64,000 bases of DNA, from the NCBI GenBank assembly GCA_024704765.1, contig JAKMXF010000310.1:124001-188000 (forward strand), written 5' to 3'. Both the position numbers and the translations under genes were made by a program. Positions within the stretch are counted from its first letter, which is position 1, and the number at the start of each line of letters is the position of its first letter. The DNA comes from Oopsacas minuta. Lineage: Eukaryota > Animalia > Porifera. This document shows positions 22,201 to 35,232 of the stretch, in pieces. The notes beneath the pieces were generated by a model. That model had not been told where the DNA came from, made no database searches, and saw nothing but the letters and a program-made list of their open reading frames with translations.

Positions 22201-24130
22201 CGCTCTGCATTTGATAGCACCATGGAGACACTGGAGTACCCACAAATACGGTGTATAGCTATTATAGCTGAGGGAATACCTGAGAACAAGACTAAGCTAC
22301 TCATCAAACAGGCTCAAGAGAAGGAAGTTGTTATAATAGGACCTGCTACAGTAGGAGGGATTAAGGCTGGTTGCTTTAAGATAGGAAACACAGGTGGTAT
22401 GCTGGATAACATACTCGCTTCTAAGCTATACAGACCAGGGAGTGTAGCTTATGTCAGCCGGTCAGGAGGAATGTCTAATGAACTCAACAATATACTAGCT
22501 AGGAATACTAATGGAGTGTATGAGGGTGTAGCAATAGGAGGAGACAGGTACAAAGTAGAACTGTAGAGCAGCGGTTCACAACCTTTTCACCCGTGGGCCC
22601 CTTGCTGTGGTCTGTGGATAGCCAAGGGTTGAGAACCACTGCAATAGAGTACATATATGTTTATTATTAGAGTAGAGTATTTATACTAACTACTACAGGT
22701 ACCCTGGGTCTAGCTTCCTAGAGCATCTACTGAGGTATCAAGACACCCCTGAAGTACAGATGCTGGTAATGTTAGGAGAGGTAGGAGGAATGGAGGAGTA
22801 TAGGGTGTGTGAAGCTGTACGTACCGGGAGGATCAATAAGCCCCTAATAGCTTGGTGTATTGGTACATGTGCTGATATGTTCACTTCTGATGTACAATTC
22901 GGTCACGCGGGATCTAGTGCTAACTCAGTGGAGGAATCAGCTGCTAGTAAGAACTCAGGCCTGAGAGAGGCAGGAGCGAGGGTACCCAAGAGTTTTGATT
23001 CTCTAATCTCTGTGATTAAGGAGGTGTATGATGAGTTGGTTACAACTGGTAAGATTGTACTTTAATAGATAGGCTAAATAAGTTATATAGAATACCTGAG
23101 GTCATGGACGGTAGCGCCGCCAGGATTTCCAAGCACGTGGTGCTGTCCCTGATCCAAAATTGCAATGGACTATCATTACCCTCCTTGTGTATAGAATGCT
23201 ATGCGCTATTATATATTTATATTGTACTCAGGTAGGATACTCCCTCAACCGGAAGTTGAACCCCCTCAGGTACCTATGGATTATTCCTGGGCTCAGGAGC
23301 TAGGTCTCATCCGTAAACCCTCCTCCTTCATGTCCAGCATATGTGACGAGAGAGGAGACGAGCTAATGTACGCAGGTACTCCTATAACAGACATATTCTC
23401 ACAGGATATAGGGATAGGGGGTGTGTTAGGTCTGCTTTGGTTCCAAAGGAGACTCCCTCAGTACGCGTGTAAGTTCATAGAGATGTGTTTGATAGTAACA
23501 GCTGATCACGGACCAGCTGTTTCAGGAGCTCACAATACGATCATCACCGCTCGAGCAGGTAAGGACCTAATCTCATCTCTGGTGTCTGGACTCCTCACGA
23601 TCGGAGACAGGTTCGGTGGAGCTCTTGACGGAGCTGCTAAACAGTTCTCTGCTGCTTATGACGGAGGTCTGTCTCCTATGGACTTTGTTAACACTACACG
23701 GAAAGAACATAAACTTATAATGGGCATAGGACATAAGGTTAAGTCACTGAATAACCCTGATATGAGAGTAGAGATTATGAAGACATTTGTGTTCAAGAAC
23801 TTCCCTAGCACTTCTCTACTGAGCTATGCACTAGAGGTTGAGAAGATAACTACCAGTAAGAAGCCTAATCTTATTCTTAACGTAGACGGCTGTATTGCTA
23901 CAGCGTTTGTAGATCTGTTAAGACATTGTGGTGCTTTTACACTTGAGGAAGCTGCTGAACTGATTGATGCTGGTGTACTAAATGGATTGTTTGTAATGGG
24001 GAGGAGTACTGGACTTATTGGACACTATTTAGATCAGAAGAGATTGAAACAAGGTTTGTATCGACACCCATGGGATGATATTTCATATCTAACTCCTGAA
24101 GATGCAAATTTCTACAAAGAAGACAGCTAA
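19277..24130 (+). CDS. ACLY: ATP-citrate lyase, single-chain animal type, about 7 exons
   Basis: Exons about 19277-19448, 19905-20260, 20324-20869, 21132-21555, 21899-22547, 22699-23048 and 23232-24130 join in frame. Motifs [41 protein letters not shown] (phospho-His), [30 protein letters not shown]. Confidence 0.97.
22569..22641. mobile_element. Charlie/Buster-like hAT MITE in an ACLY intron
   Basis: TIR CAGCGGTTCACAACC / GGTTGAGAACCACTG. Flanks CTGTAGAG / CAATAGAG match at 6 of 8 positions. Confidence 0.75.
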
Positions 24131-24417
24131 TTGTACAATCTTGTATTACAATGTATATTATTCTATTACAGGACTGAGAATTTAGGTGCATTATTCAATT
24201 CCATATTCATGAATTTAGCAGTTTAACTTTCATGCAGTTTGTGTTGAGTTTAATATTATTAGAGGAAATTAGTTATATTGAATTACGTAACAATTCTATT
24301 GGTTACCTGGGTAACCGGTTTTACAGGGATAAACATATTATCTGCTAATTGTATAAATTCCAGACTAAATTGTCTAATAAATTTATTAAACAAACTATAA
24401 TTAGCTAATTAGTTGAA

Positions 24418-25878
24418 ATGGCAGAATGGGATCCAGTCCCCATTACTATTGGCAAGAAAGTAGCTTCAAAAGACACTAAGTCCACTAAGGCACTAAACAC
24501 TGCCATGCGGACAGGAGCTTCTATTGACACAACTGAGAAGTACGGGGCTATGTCCAATAAGCAATCTGCTCCGCTTAAAAACACTGCTAAGCTAGACAGA
24601 GAGACTGAAGAGTTGAAGCATGAGAGAGTATCTTTAGAATTCAGCAAGTAAGTATTCATCTTAATTTATTAACTCATCAATTTATTAAGTTGCATTATAT
24701 GCAGGCTTGTTGTGGAGATGAAAATTTATATCCATATCCATATCCATATCCATATCTAGGCCATTTTACGTGGATATACCTGAGACCTGTTGGTGTTGGG
24801 TATCCGTAGATGCGCTGTTGCCTAGACTCATTCTTGCTACAGGTTTCCTGGTGGACTTCCACTGCGCTCATACCACTCTATTTTATCCATTTTCCGTAGA
24901 TCAAATTGTACCACAAAATGTTTTGGAACACACGAGAGGTATATGTAGAATTGTAGATGTAGACTTACCTCAGAATCTTCCAATAATATAACATCGCGAC
25001 TGATCTAATGTAATATCATATATAATTTTGTGAAGTTGATTCTTCAGTAATAACGAATTAGGAACCAGACACAAAAATAACACGACATTGTAATGATTAC
25101 TCAGTTAGTATAAGATTTTAGCGTCTAGGTGAAAAGAAATAGTATTACAGTCGACAAACCTTAATTCGAACATTAACGGGTATTCGTGTTAACAGTTATT
25201 GACTCTATAATGTATTTTGCTAATTATCTTAAATATTTTTCAAATCATGGATATGATCAAAACGTAGATATCCATCCATGGAGATCTCTACACGTGGATA
25301 TATCCTTATCTATGGCAAGCCTGATTATATGAGATATATCACGTGGATGTTTCCTGCCTATATAAATAGGTATTCAGACACACTTGTCGTTTAGACACTT
25401 CGTTCGGATATCTCATATTTTGTAATGTAATAATTGACTTCGTAATGCCACGACTTTTCGCATCATAAAATTAATGTCGGAAACATAGTAGCGAGGAAAA
25501 TATCCTCTGCAACATCTAGGAGATTCTTCAAACTAATCCGGAAAATATGAAGATTTATGGTGCGAAATGTCTTGGTTCTCCCCCCTCGAGGCCGCGACCA
25601 ATTACGGATATTCATAGAATTCCGCTTTGAGAAGTTTACCTGTATCTGTATTATAGTGATTGTAATTTAGAGTTCTACAACAAGCTAGAGTAGACAAAGG
25701 TATGACTCAGAAGGAATTAGCAACAAAGGCTAATGAGAAACCTCAAGTAGTTAATGAATACGAATCAGGTAAGGCTGTGCCTAATCAATCAGTTATAAAT
25801 AAGCTGGAGAGAGCTCTGGGTGTTAAGTTGAGAGGATCAGAAGCTGGTAAACCTCTTTTTACTGCTAAAAAGAAATAA
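24418..25878 (+). CDS. EDF1: Multiprotein bridging factor 1 / EDF1, 2 exons
   Basis: Exon 1 24418-24647 ([14 protein letters not shown]). Exon 2 25671-25878 ([50 protein letters not shown]). Phase-2 GT-AG junction is in frame. Confidence 0.95.
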
Positions 25879-26767
25879 ATTTTTATTTGTCATATTCAAT
25901 TCACCAGATAACAATCTACTAACGTAACAGATCATAATTATATTTATCTTGTAGTTGTATTATTACTGTGCTGCTGCTGTTATGTTTGTATCAGTAAATT
26001 TGTTTACGATACATTATTTTATGTCTAGTAGCTGAGTTATGATTAACTGGTGGCTATAGACAGCATGCAATTAACATCAGCGTCAAGCTTGGAAATACAG
26101 TAAATATAGTAGACCACGCTTAAAAGGGCATACTTGCCAGGGATTCGAGATTATCCCGGGATTTGTCCTATGATCTATGAAATTTGCTAATATAGGGAAA
26201 ATATTGGATATTTTGGACATTTTTGACCCGACATTCCTAGATAATTAATTCCCAGCCCTGTTCATTTCTGTTTACTATCAATTGGTAATTGGAAGCATGC
26301 ATTGTTATGTATTGGTGAATGGCTTGCTTTTCTATGTTTGTTAGTATAGCATTTCTGATATGTATTCATAAACTAATTCTTTATCCTTATCACCTTCATC
26401 GGTACTATCATAACTATCGTGATTTATAATAACAGGTTCATAGGCTACATACAGCGAAGAGAACTTTCATTAAAACGAATGGAATGTTAGTAATCTTCTG
26501 TGGAGACTACTAGTGTTCTTGTACCTTCTTACAATACTAATTACTAATTTTCAAGGAAACACTCAACTATTCGGTGTTTCACGTTTCTAGATGATACTTC
26601 ATTGGCCTTCAGCGCGCGCTCCCAGAGGGTTGTTGTAACTGATACCGAATTGTACTCTAACTGCGTATTTGAATTAATTCATGTAGCCGTGTATTAGTTA
26701 GTGCTGCAGGTATCTTCTCCAGTAGGAGAGACTATCTCAGCTAACATAACATCCTGGAACATAGCAT

Positions 26768-28926
26768 ATGGAGATAATAGTAGAGCCTGTATCAGGTGAG
26801 CCGTTCATTATCACTGTGAATCGTTTTCTCACCGTGTTCTCATTAAAATTAAAATTACAGCGACTCCTGGGTCTACCTATCTCTCAAATGATACTGGTAC
26901 ATAACCATCAGGAGCTAGGGGATGACAATACACTATGTGAATACGGTATTATTACTGGATCTAGAATACAGCTGCTGGTGAGTATGAAAGGGGGACCTGT
27001 ACACGCGAAACGTATCACATTATTAAACTCGCAGGAAGACAGTGCACAGAGTTCAGCTCAGGATTCAGAAGAGGACTACTATAACCGTCTCACCATTTTG
27101 CTGGTAGATGGTGATAATCTTAATGTTATTCAGATGGGAGATAGTAGTGACTGGGAAGCAAACGGATTCGCAGTAAGTAATATTATGTATAGTTAATCTC
27201 ATTTGTAAATGACCTTTGTATACGTCACCGAGGAAGTTGAGATTGTGCAATGAGGAAATGTTTATATAGAGCAGAGCTTTATAGCGCTAGTAGAGAATAT
27301 TTTTTTGTAATTACTACTAAAAAGCTTATACAAACATCTAGAAGTTTTCTACAAGGAACATTAAAACGGGACAGACTTAAATACATCACGGACCGGACCA
27401 AAGATTCGTCCAGGTTTTCAGGGGTTTCATAGAATATACATTTTGTATTACGAAATTGAGCTATTGAAATAACAGCCATTATCGGTTATTCTGAATAATC
27501 ATATGATAATTATGTTATACTCAAGTTCCAACTCTATAACCTCAGAATCATTATCTACAGACCCAATTACCCCATTCCCTAGCAATTTATTCACATTTTA
27601 CTGTTAGAATATAGTCAATATACATCCGCATAGTGTCTCTCTTACCATCCCACAAACATCCAGTTACTTCCTCCTTAGGTGCCCATGTTACTGACATAAT
27701 ACAGTCTAACCTCTGAGATTAGAACTTCCAAGAACCGGGCACGATTTTTTAAATCAATTCACATGTTTAAAACATATTCTGGTATTAAATATCTTTATAA
27801 TTGAGTACAATAGACACTCAATAATCGGGGCAACCACTCATATCTTAAGGTTGGTCACATACAATTCGGTCTCCATAATCTGGGAACCTATAACATTTAT
27901 TACTACAGTCAGGCCGTCAGGTTCACTTATTATAAAATTAAAGGAACCAAAAATGTGTTCATAATACGAAGACTTTTTTCTAATAAATTCAGTGAGTGTT
28001 TAGTATGAAAGGTGATTATAAATATTGGATGGAAGTGGTGCGGTGAAATCGTATATAGTTGTCTAATTCCAGCCACTCGATTATCAGGACACTCTCCCAA
28101 AGCTGGGAAACTTTTGTTTTGTCCGAAAGTTCCCCGATTATCTAGTGTCTACTGTATACTTATCTTAACCACCACAAACTGTGAAATAATATGTCTATTC
28201 TGTAATGAAATGGATCTCGAAATAGGGATTAGAAACACCTTGAGAGAAGTACCATGAATTAGTGTTACTTCTGAGATCCGGACACCCTCTGGACGATGCT
28301 GCCCATATCTTGGAGGTTCGACTGGCTATTATACGTAGTATTACTTCTTATAGGAACAATGGGAAGATCTGGTACAACAATATGAAGCTCTACAGAATCA
28401 GAGAAGAGAATCATACTCACCTGAAACAAACAGATTTCGTAGAAAAGTAGAACAGATGAAACAGAAACTGCAGAAGAGAAAGAAAAAGATAAATATAGAC
28501 ATACCCACTAGTACATTACTCCCTGAGAGAAGCACCAGTAGAACAGGGAATTCATACCTCAACTCGGTCGCTTACAAACAATCAAATAATTATAGTCATG
28601 ATACAGATCATGTTACAGAATTACCAAGTATTAATAGAGGAGTCACAGAGTTAAAGAAAGAGATGACGTCACAGGTTAGAGTCCCTCTCTCCCTCCCCTC
28701 TATTAAGCCCTCAGAAGAACCTCATAAGAAAAAACCTAGATGTACAGTATGTAACAAGAAGCTACGTATTCTAAGTGCTTTTGTCTGCAAATGTAAGAAA
28801 CAATTCTGTAGCAAACATCGATACGCAGAGACTCATACTTGTGATTACAACTATAAAGAGGAAGAGCGTAAACTGCTAGCTAAGAATAATCCTCTGGTTG
28901 TAGCTTCTAAGCTCCCAAAGATCTGA
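26768..28926 (+). CDS. ZFAND4: N-terminal ubiquitin-like + C-terminal AN1 zinc finger protein (ZFAND4/ANUBL1-like), 2 exons
   Basis: Exon 1 26768-27172 is a UBL domain ending LLVSMKGGP. Exon 2 28354-28926 ends with AN1 RC.VCNKKL......CKCKKQFCSKHRYAETH.C.YNYK..NNP.VVA.KLPKI. Phase-0 junction. Confidence 0.88.
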
Positions 28927-29337
28927 GATGTCATACACACCTGTTTCATATGAATCTTACTACATATTAATAGCCCTATTTTAATGTTAAGTATCAGTTC
29001 AGTTCAAAATATTTCATATTTCATTTGCAGTGATCAGCGAAAAATTTATACTTAGATTATCTCGAATATTACTTTATACGCCAGTCTAAGAGGGCGAAAC
29101 GAACAGCATAAATACGATAAATTTAGTTAACATATTACTTTAAGGTGTTCATATATTGTACAGTGTGTAGTGATACAGTAGAACTCGGATAAGGCTTACC
29201 CCCTCGGGAAACAAAAAAATACATACTGTATTTTGTGCGTGGCTTCGATTAGTGAAAAAGTTGTATGGTAAGTTTGTGTACAAATTACTTTAGATTACAT
29301 TAAATTACTTGAGTGATAGCGATAAAATATTATCAAA

Positions 29338-29934
29338 ATGAGTATGCGAGAAGTTAAAGTGTGTCTGCTGGGTGAGGCAGGAGTCGGTAAGAGTAGCATA
29401 GCTCACAGATTCGTTATGGACAGTTTCAATGAGAAGCAGGAGAGTACTATAGGTGCTGCTTTCATGAGCAAAACAGTTAAGTATAACACACAGACTGTGA
29501 AGTTCCAGATGTGGGATACGGCAGGACAGGAGAAATACAAAGGTCTTGCACCCATGTACTATAGAGGAGCATCCGCTGCTATCGTGGTGTACGATATTAC
29601 AAGCTTTAATACATACAATGTGGTGAAGGACTGGGTAAGAGATGTACGTGATACCTGTGATACAGAAGACTTTATTCTGATTATTGTCGGTAACAAAGTT
29701 GATGTGGAAGAGAAACGAAATGTACCACGAGAAACCGCAGAAAAATACTGTGTATCTATGGGAGCACATCTGTTTGAATGCAGTGCATTGAGTGGTAAAA
29801 ATGTGTTTGAAATATTCGAGAAAATTGCTGAGAACCTCCCAAGTGAGAATCCGATGTTACATCACAAAAGAGACACGATTAACATCAGACCTCCTATCAA
29901 GGAGAAGAAGAAGGAGTGTTGTAAAACCCAATAA
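29338..29934 (+). CDS. Rab5-family GTPase, Rab22/Rab31-like
   Basis: REVKVCLLGEAGVGKSSI, STIGAAFMSKTV, WDTAGQE, LAPMYYRGA.AAI.VYDIT, GNKVD, C-terminal CC. Rab22A and Rab31 cannot be told apart by eye. Confidence 0.92.
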   Translation: MSMREVKVCLLGEAGVGKSSIAHRFVMDSFNEKQESTIGAAFMSKTVKYNTQTVKFQMWDTAGQEKYKGLAPMYYRGASAAIVVYDITSFNTYNVVKDWVRDVRDTCDTEDFILIIVGNKVDVEEKRNVPRETAEKYCVSMGAHLFECSALSGKNVFEIFEKIAENLPSENPMLHHKRDTINIRPPIKEKKKECCKTQ

Positions 29935-30865
29935 TTAATATTTACACATTTTGAATATATAAGTTGACATTTCCATTTTCAATTTCATGTTATATCCCCA
30001 CATAGGATTAAAGTTGTAATTATACATGCTAGCTATAATTGTGTGTTGTTTATTTATATCTGTATTTTACCACATAATAGTGATGGTAGTGTATATTATA
30101 TACGATTTTATGAACTGTGTACGTACCTAATCCACAAAGGTAAATACTAGAACATTATTTTTTATCAGTTTCTCTAAAACATAAATGTTAATGAGTGCTA
30201 ATTAGTTGTTTATATTCGTCAGACAAGTGTTGAGGTTGTTGGAGTACCCATAATGATTACTGATGTATTCTGGTCACCTAGCCTGTATTTAGAATCCACA
30301 TGATACCACCTGGCGCCTTTGAGCAAATTCATTTTTATAGAGGACGGTTGGCCGAGTTTTGCATTGTACATTCGTTTTAGACAATCCAAAAAGCCGAGAT
30401 TAACAGCGCCAATCACAAACAGCATGTCTACTTACCCTACCCATTTAACCGAGAGACTGATCCAAAAAAGGAATTTATTATATAATTTCTCCCTAAATTT
30501 CACTCGAATAATCGGCCTCTAATAATCCTGTCTTTTTCTATCTACATTGCTATGTAATAAACATTTATTTGTTTATTATTGGGGACTTATAACTTGACAT
30601 ACAAGCAACTTGGCCGACAAAAATCCTCAATATTGATTGCTTGACTAATTACTCCACCAATAAATTCAAATTCAGTTGGTTGAAGTATCACGAGTTACCG
30701 ACCAAGAAGTCTAGATTTACAAACATAAATATTTTGAAATTCCCTCCCCCCTGGTTCCGCCAATGTATAGCTATAGGCTTTGAAAGAATTATTTATTATA
30801 TAAGATTATTTGAGATTTTAGTATTACTCGTAAAATATCAACAAGAACAAAATCAAATAAACTAA

Positions 30866-32085
30866 CTAGTAATATATTTGTAGACCGTAGTTCTTATTAC
30901 GGGACACACAAACTAATCTCAATTTTGGAGTAATAGCTAACCCTCTAGGTCCATAGAACATTCCTTGTTGGTGTCCCTCTTTCCCTATCGTGTAGGAGAA
31001 TACCTTCTGGAGAGATACCCTGATTACGCCTGCGTCATTATCACTGATAACTAAGTTGTTAAGTGGATCTAAACAGAAGAAGTACGGGTTGGATAGGTTC
31101 CTCCCTAGACCACATTTAATGATGGAGTGTAGCTTGTCTCCCTCTAGGGTTAGTACGTGCATACACGGGTTGTTAACTGAACTCAGTACATATTAGCGGT
31201 CTTGTGACACTTTAACATCATAGGGAGATGTTATTGACTGATGGGTAATGTTACGTAGATGGTTAACGTCTGTGTCATGTACGCTGATTCTGTTGTTCTT
31301 GGAATCTGCAATAAGCACTTGTCCATTTGGATGTGTAGTTAGTTGTCCAGGTTGGTTGAATTGTCCGCTCTTTGACCCTTCTCCTCCTACCTCCCTAACA
31401 AGGCTCATGTCGGTAAGTGTCAATTGGCTCACAACATGTTTTTTCCAACAGCTGACGTATATATTCTCTCCATGAATAGCTATGCCATATGGCTTATATA
31501 GATGTCCTTCACCCAGCTGATTGAGAAATTCTCCTGTATCTGAGAATATCTCTACTCTGTTATTACTACGATTAGCTACAAATATTCGGTTTGTAGCTTC
31601 ATGGATAGCTACAGCATGTGGACTATAGAAATTGCCAGGACCTGAACCTTTCTTTCCAGTAGCAACAGAAGGAATTTGAAATGCAGCATAATCTGGCACA
31701 GCAACTGATACTTGTACGATTCCCCCATACGGCAAATGATAGTTTCTATCTCTCTTGTGTCGCACTGCAGTCTCAATTGGGTCTCAATGTTCATTCGCAG
31801 GTCTCGCATTTTGTCCTCCATTTCTCGGACAATTCTCTCCTGCATGAATTTCAGGGGGTTTTCCTTCAAATGGCTCTGGAGAGATGTTTGGGCGTTGGTC
31901 AGTTGGATGATCATTTGTTGTCTAGCGATCTCCGCAGTTCGCTTCTCCTCAAGAATGTTGTTGACTTGCTCCATCAGATCAGCTCTGCGGACATTTAGTA
32001 ACTCTATGAGACCATCAATGGCGTTGTTGATCTGTGTCTCTATGGAGTTTACGAATTGAGGGGCATTTGGGTTACGTTCTGTCAT
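30866..32085 (-). pseudogene. Coiled-coil + NHL-repeat (TRIM-like, no RING) gene with a frameshift and a premature stop
   Basis: Three collinear ORFs. The coiled-coil frame shifts near 31720 (ATG GGG GAA TCG, where one extra A would restore GEIVQV). NHL repeats follow (GNFYSPHAVAI, GQFNQPGQL, GMFYGPRGLAI). An in-frame TAA at 31193-31195 reads DR*YVL. Confidence 0.8.
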
Positions 32086-32607
32086 TTACGAATATTTCAA
32101 ATAGTTGAGTATGAATTGGTAACTAGGATAATCTTAGTACGTATTTATAACTGTAATATGATTAGGTTTGTAAGTAGAAATGAAACAACAATGATTATAT
32201 GACGTGATGTATTTCTTGCAGAATAGACACGAAGTTGTTTTGCAGAAATCCATGCCCCCTACAATATCGATCCAGAGGATCGGTGTCTGCAAAACAAGGT
32301 TATGTAGGTTTGTTTTATAACCTCGTTGTTAGGAAACTCTAAGGAATGTGTTAAAAAGTTCATTCTCAGCAATCAATTGTAACTAAATTTGTAAAATGAA
32401 GGATGTAGAAACAAGTTAGCGGCATTTACGGTTACTTTAATAGTTTGTTGGAAGGCTGAAACAGAAAGTGTTGGACTGTTGGTGTTGTAATAGGCTAATA
32501 GCACATTAGTCATTCCTAGATATTTCAATCTTCAATAAACGAATTTTAAAATTTATTAGTATTCTGCAGGTTTATTCTATAACAATTTCACGTATGTAGA
32601 AATTACA

Positions 32608-33060
32608 ATGTCATTTATGTGGCACTTGCCCTCTAATTGGAGTGTTAAGGTTGACCCAAGGACTTCTTGGCCTTTCTATTTGGATCACAAACACCAGTTT
32701 ACTACCTGGCAAGATCCGCGATTTAAGCGGTTCATTCTCTTTTCACAATATGAACAACTGAAAGGAGAAACCCACGAAACTAATTCAAGTTATACACAAG
32801 ATCAAGATGATAGAAATATTACATCTATAATTACGGTTAGGAATGATATTGATTTATATTTCGGAAGATTAATAACAGACCCGGATATAATAATGGGTAA
32901 ATTCATTCAGAAAGAGATAGAAGAATATTGTACTAAGAAACTACTAGATCTGGATGCATTAGAACTTAACACAAACGTACAATCGCGTCTTTTACGCAAG
33001 AAAACAATTAACTACATACAGTCACTATCTTCAGTTGTGGATATTATTCTAGCTTCCTGA
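32608..33060 (+). CDS. Minimal BAG3-like co-chaperone: WW + BAG domain, 150 aa
   Basis: WW LPSNWSVKVDPRTSWPFYLDH....TTWQDPR (BAG3-type). BAG helices IEEYCTKKLLDLDAL and RLLRKKTINYIQSL. Confidence 0.85.
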   Translation: MSFMWHLPSNWSVKVDPRTSWPFYLDHKHQFTTWQDPRFKRFILFSQYEQLKGETHETNSSYTQDQDDRNITSIITVRNDIDLYFGRLITDPDIIMGKFIQKEIEEYCTKKLLDLDALELNTNVQSRLLRKKTINYIQSLSSVVDIILAS

Positions 33061-34241
33061 TCTGATAAGTAATACCAAGTCTCAGTCTATGCAAATTTGG
33101 GCTTCGGATTAATGACCATTATATTTTGAATGTATATCTTTTTGTAAATGACTTTACACTCGTAATCTAGTAGTATATGTCTGTATTACTCATTTTCCAA
33201 ACCTTATAACAATCTTATAGTTTATTTTCATATAATATCAACTTAGTATTCATTTCATTAGATATATTGGCTATGGATTTTAATACGTATACCTAGGGGT
33301 GGAACAGTTAAGCTGTTAATAACCAACGCAAATTTTTTGCTTTTAACACCTGTCACAATTTTTTGCATTCCAACTGTCTATTTCATTGTCATACCAAAGT
33401 TTTCAAAATTTATCTGTGCACACTTATTTCTTTTTAGTGTCGCCCCTATAAGTCAAATAGCATGTTCATGGAAGATGTGTGATGTTTTCCATCCATTAAA
33501 ATGATGCTAGAAAGTTCGTTTAAAATTTAAACTATAGTTAGGGATTGGCAGTGAGTACTTGCTAAGGGTAAGTAATCTTAATTAAATTAAGGAGCACAGA
33601 CAGTCAGAGCTGCCACGTTTGCATAATTCCTAATAGCTTTGTTTAATTAATGCCCTGACAAGTATAACTATTCAGAACATGGTCCTAAACAACAACCAAA
33701 ACTCAGAAAGAGCATTAAGAATCATGTCTTCATAACCCAGTGCAAATCTTCATAGTTTTGATTTAATAATATTTATTAATGTCTCTCTTAAAATTGTAGA
33801 TTTTACTGTGATTGTGGTATCTTTATAATGGAATAATCAATTTCGTTAAGAGAGATTCTGATTGGGGGTCACCTCCTTTCACCCAAGTACCCAAACTTGC
33901 CGTCTATGTACCTTAGTGTAGTGAATCCCAATCTTTTCGGTTTATGGACCCTCACTAAATTTCTATATTTAACTTCCTGAGGACTCCCAATCCCAAGTTG
34001 TGTATCAAGGTCGGGGAAAACTACAATATGCCTTGGTTTCTAAAAGAGATTTCTCTTCCTTGGGGAAATCAGATTGGGATTGAACAACAAAGCCGAACGG
34101 GTAGAATTCCTTAGGGGGCTGGAGTAGTGAAATTTTTATCTTAAAATTGTTCTTCTAGTTGATATTGTAGTATACAGTTATGGGGATATTTCAATTCACC
34201 ACCATCTCCCGATTGACAACATACAACATATATAACATATA

Positions 34242-34423
34242 CAGTAGAACCTCGTTAATACGTACACCAAGGGACCGTAGAGATTTGTACTCCTTATCAG
34301 GAGTACTTATTAACGGAGTAAAAACAATTGAATAAGCATTGTACGGACTTAAATCGTGTAAAATTATGTTCGTCTTAACCGGAAATTCGTATTAAATGTG
34401 TTCGTATTAACGAGGTTTCACTG
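34242..34423. mobile_element. pogo/Tigger-like MITE
   Basis: TIR CAGTAGAACCTCGTTAATACG / CGTATTAACGAGGTTTCACTG, with TA on both sides. Confidence 0.85.
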
Positions 34424-35232
34424 TATTACGTATATTACTTCAAAAATAATCTGAGGAAAATGAATGACTTAGTTTAATATTAAGCAACCATACACGACAA
34501 CAAGTTAACATACAAGGTGCAACAAGGTTGCATGAAAAAATACAATTTAATTGCAACATTGTTTTATGAAATGGAAGATGTTCATTCTTCCATGCAACTT
34601 TTACAATACACGTTCCAACAATGTTACATGCAGCAAATTTGGCCTCAAAATTACAAAACAAATTCGCGTTCAACAATTTTGCATGGAAATTCAACATACC
34701 AAATGCAAACTACACATGCCAAGTTTGGTGTAATCTATAAAGGTGTGACTGTCAACAGGAGAGCGAACGCACATATATTTATATACACCAATGTACTAGT
34801 CAGTTTTCACCCATTATATTACTAAGCGGGGTACTAAAGTATAGCGGTACAGTAAAAAAAGAATGTAACAGTCATCACTTTTTGAGCATTTTCGAAGTAT
34901 TTATTTCTAAAAATATACTAGTCTGACTCGATCTACGTCAAACAAACTAAATTGTTTGAACTGGGACAATTATTCATTCATTCTGTGCCATGTACTACAT
35001 ATAAGAAATCCTCAATTACTCTACTAATAATTCATCCTAAAAATAGATATAATAGAATCTAATTAGTAGACTCTGATTCTTCCATTAGTGTTGAATCCTC
35101 AATAGACAACTATAGTACAACGCATATATAATACTAAAATTAGAACTTACAGAGAATGGGATATATGGTATAAATAGGAATAGGATAGCCCTAGCACACA
35201 GCTCACAGTAAATCAATATATATATATTTTCA

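Noticed and set aside
31193-31195. Selenocysteine or programmed readthrough in the NHL gene
   Set aside because: The stop is TAA, not TGA, and the gene also has a frameshift; pseudogenisation is simpler.
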